64,000 bases of DNA from Candidatus Woesearchaeota archaeon (lineage in GTDB: Archaea; Nanobdellota; Nanobdellia; SCGC-AAA011-G17; JACPIM01), in the NCBI GenBank assembly GCA_016188045.1, contig JACPIM010000006.1, positions 26,137 to 90,136 of the forward strand, given 5' to 3'. The notes beneath the pieces were generated by a model that was given only the letters and a program-made list of their open reading frames with translations, did not search any database and had not been told where the DNA came from. The stretch's first letter is position 1, and every line of letters begins with the position of its first letter. Made by a program: the position numbers and the translations under genes. Positions 62,714 to 64,000 of this stretch are shown here, piece by piece.

Positions 62714-63190
62714 CTAATTAAAAATTTATCAACTTTCCAAATAAGGCTGTGTATTTATTTAGAAGAGATTAAAAAAAGATTCATTAGAAAAGATACTGTT
62801 TAGATATTTTAATAAAGTAAAAGCATAGGCAATTAACTCTAAAAGTTTTATTTTCGAACAATTAGTAATCACAGGCTGAACATCTCGTTACCTTGATGCT
62901 TACACCCTGATCCTATTAACCCCATCTTCTATGGGAGTTCTACGTCTCTTTTCGCGGATTCTTTCGAGCTTAGATGCTTTCAGCTCTTATGAACTATAGC
63001 GTAGCTGCTCGGCCTACCTTATCAGATAACCGATTGACCAGAGGCTACGAACCCCCGTTCCTCTCGTACTAAAGGGTCCTTCCACTCAGACATTTAACAC
63101 TTCCAGTAGATATCATACAAACTGTCTCACAACGTTCTTAACCCAGCTCACGAACCGTTTTAATGGGTGAACACCCCCACCCTTGGCTGC

Positions 63191-63403
63191 CTTCAGTTCA
63201 AAGAGTAAAATAGTTTCTAAATATATTTTTATAATCCAAAAAGATAATTCTGTTTTGATATATAAATTCCAAAGTCCAAACTATTATATTTTCATACTTC
63301 TTTTAATTAGTTTAGAAATATCTAGGAAACAAATATATCTACAGAAAAAATATTTTTGGGTTTGAGTTTAAAATAATATTTATATAAACTTTACTCTTCG
63401 ATA
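63191..63403 (-). other. about 213-nt AT-rich 23S rRNA intron (helix 91 loop region)
   Basis: removal restores TGGCTGTGCAGAA|GCAGCCAAGG; 12-bp terminal stem TCGAAGAGTAAA/TTTACTCTTTGA; central helix only 3/4 paired. Confidence 0.8.
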
Positions 63404-63416
63404 TTCTGCACAGCCA

Positions 63417-63450
63417 TTGTATTGATGAAGAATATACACTCTTTCATCTT
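63417..63450 (-). other. 34-nt BHB 23S rRNA intron
   Basis: helix GTAT/ATAC, bulges CC^A and AA^T, inner hairpin GATGAA..TTCATC. Confidence 0.85.
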
Positions 63451-63494
63451 GGATACGGTGAGCCGACATCGAAGTAGCAAACAGCGCCGTCGAT

Positions 63495-63536
63495 TTACTC
63501 TTTCTTTTCCGAGGTTTTCTTCCTAAGAAAAGCTCT
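63495..63536 (-). other. 42-nt BHB 23S rRNA intron (helix 89)
   Basis: helix GCTC/GAGT, bulges AT^A and AA^A, inner stem CTTTTC/GAAAAG. Confidence 0.85.
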
Positions 63537-64000
63537 ATGAGCTCTTAGGCGCTACGACTCAATTATCCCCGAGATAGCTTTTCTGTCATACCTAGCCCCT
63601 ATTAATAAGGACATAGGGGTTCGCTAGACCAGACTTTCGTCTTTGGATTTTGTATTGTTTAAAATCCAATCAGGCCCACTTTTGCTCTTGCGCTCTACTC
63701 CAGATTTCTAAACTGGATGAGTGGACCATAGGGCCCTGCTGATACCTTTTCAGCAGGGTGCCGCCCCAGCCAAACTGTCTGCCTGCTGGTGTTTTTCTTT
63801 TTAGAAATTAGAAACATAAATTCTATAGGGTGGTATCTCACTTTTGTTTACACTTACCCTAGCGAGCAAGCTTTAGCAACTCCCACCTATTCTGCACTAA
63901 AAAATATATATTTCAACAACAAGCTACAGTAAAGTTCTGCGGGGTCTTCGCTTCCCACTGGAAGTCACTGGCATTCACACCAGTCTTGCGTGTTCAGAGG

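Larger units (their letters stand above)
62846..64000 (-). rRNA. rrl: 23S rRNA, 3' part (continues beyond the window; 3' end approximate)
   Basis: sarcin-ricin loop AGTACGAGAGGAAC, GAGCTGGGTT, CGATGTCGGCTC, GGCTGGGGCGGCA. Confidence 0.97.

Noticed and set aside
62714-62845. 5S rRNA downstream of 23S
   Set aside because: The region is AT-rich with no 5S motifs.
63183-63365. 60-aa ORF in the 213-nt 23S intron as a homing endonuclease
   Set aside because: Antisense to the rRNA and lacks nuclease motifs.

Overview
AT-rich archaeal chromosome segment, most consistent with a DPANN lineage (Woesearchaeota/Pacearchaeota-like; inferred from gene content and style). Core genes include aIF2-gamma, gyrA/gyrB, rpoE1-spt4-rps24e-rps27ae, RNase J, rps2, enolase, rpoK, the exosome/proteasome/RNase P protein cluster, scpA, hisS, NAC and secG. 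RNA genes are tRNA-His, RNase P RNA and the 3' part of 23S rRNA. Many small accessory modules are interspersed. Main result: the aIF2-gamma gene is interrupted inside the His codon of its GHVDHGKT P-loop by a 31-nt, stop-containing, frame-shifting insert (812-842) with bulge-helix-bulge (BHB) geometry. This is a candidate mRNA intron for the tRNA splicing endonuclease, and it ends 17 nt before a LAGLIDADG intein. The window also holds a BHB intron in tRNA-His, three BHB-like introns in 23S rRNA, inserts in RNase P RNA, and two families of short hairpins shared between introns and intergenic DNA. Other notable items: accessory modules flanked by diverged duplicates of host gene ends (four loci), an SNF2-helicase/methyltransferase operon whose three partner proteins share a C-terminal SLLEQYI tag, an orphan DGR-like target gene, and an HNH-type GyrA intein. 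All calls come from manual reading; no searches were run.
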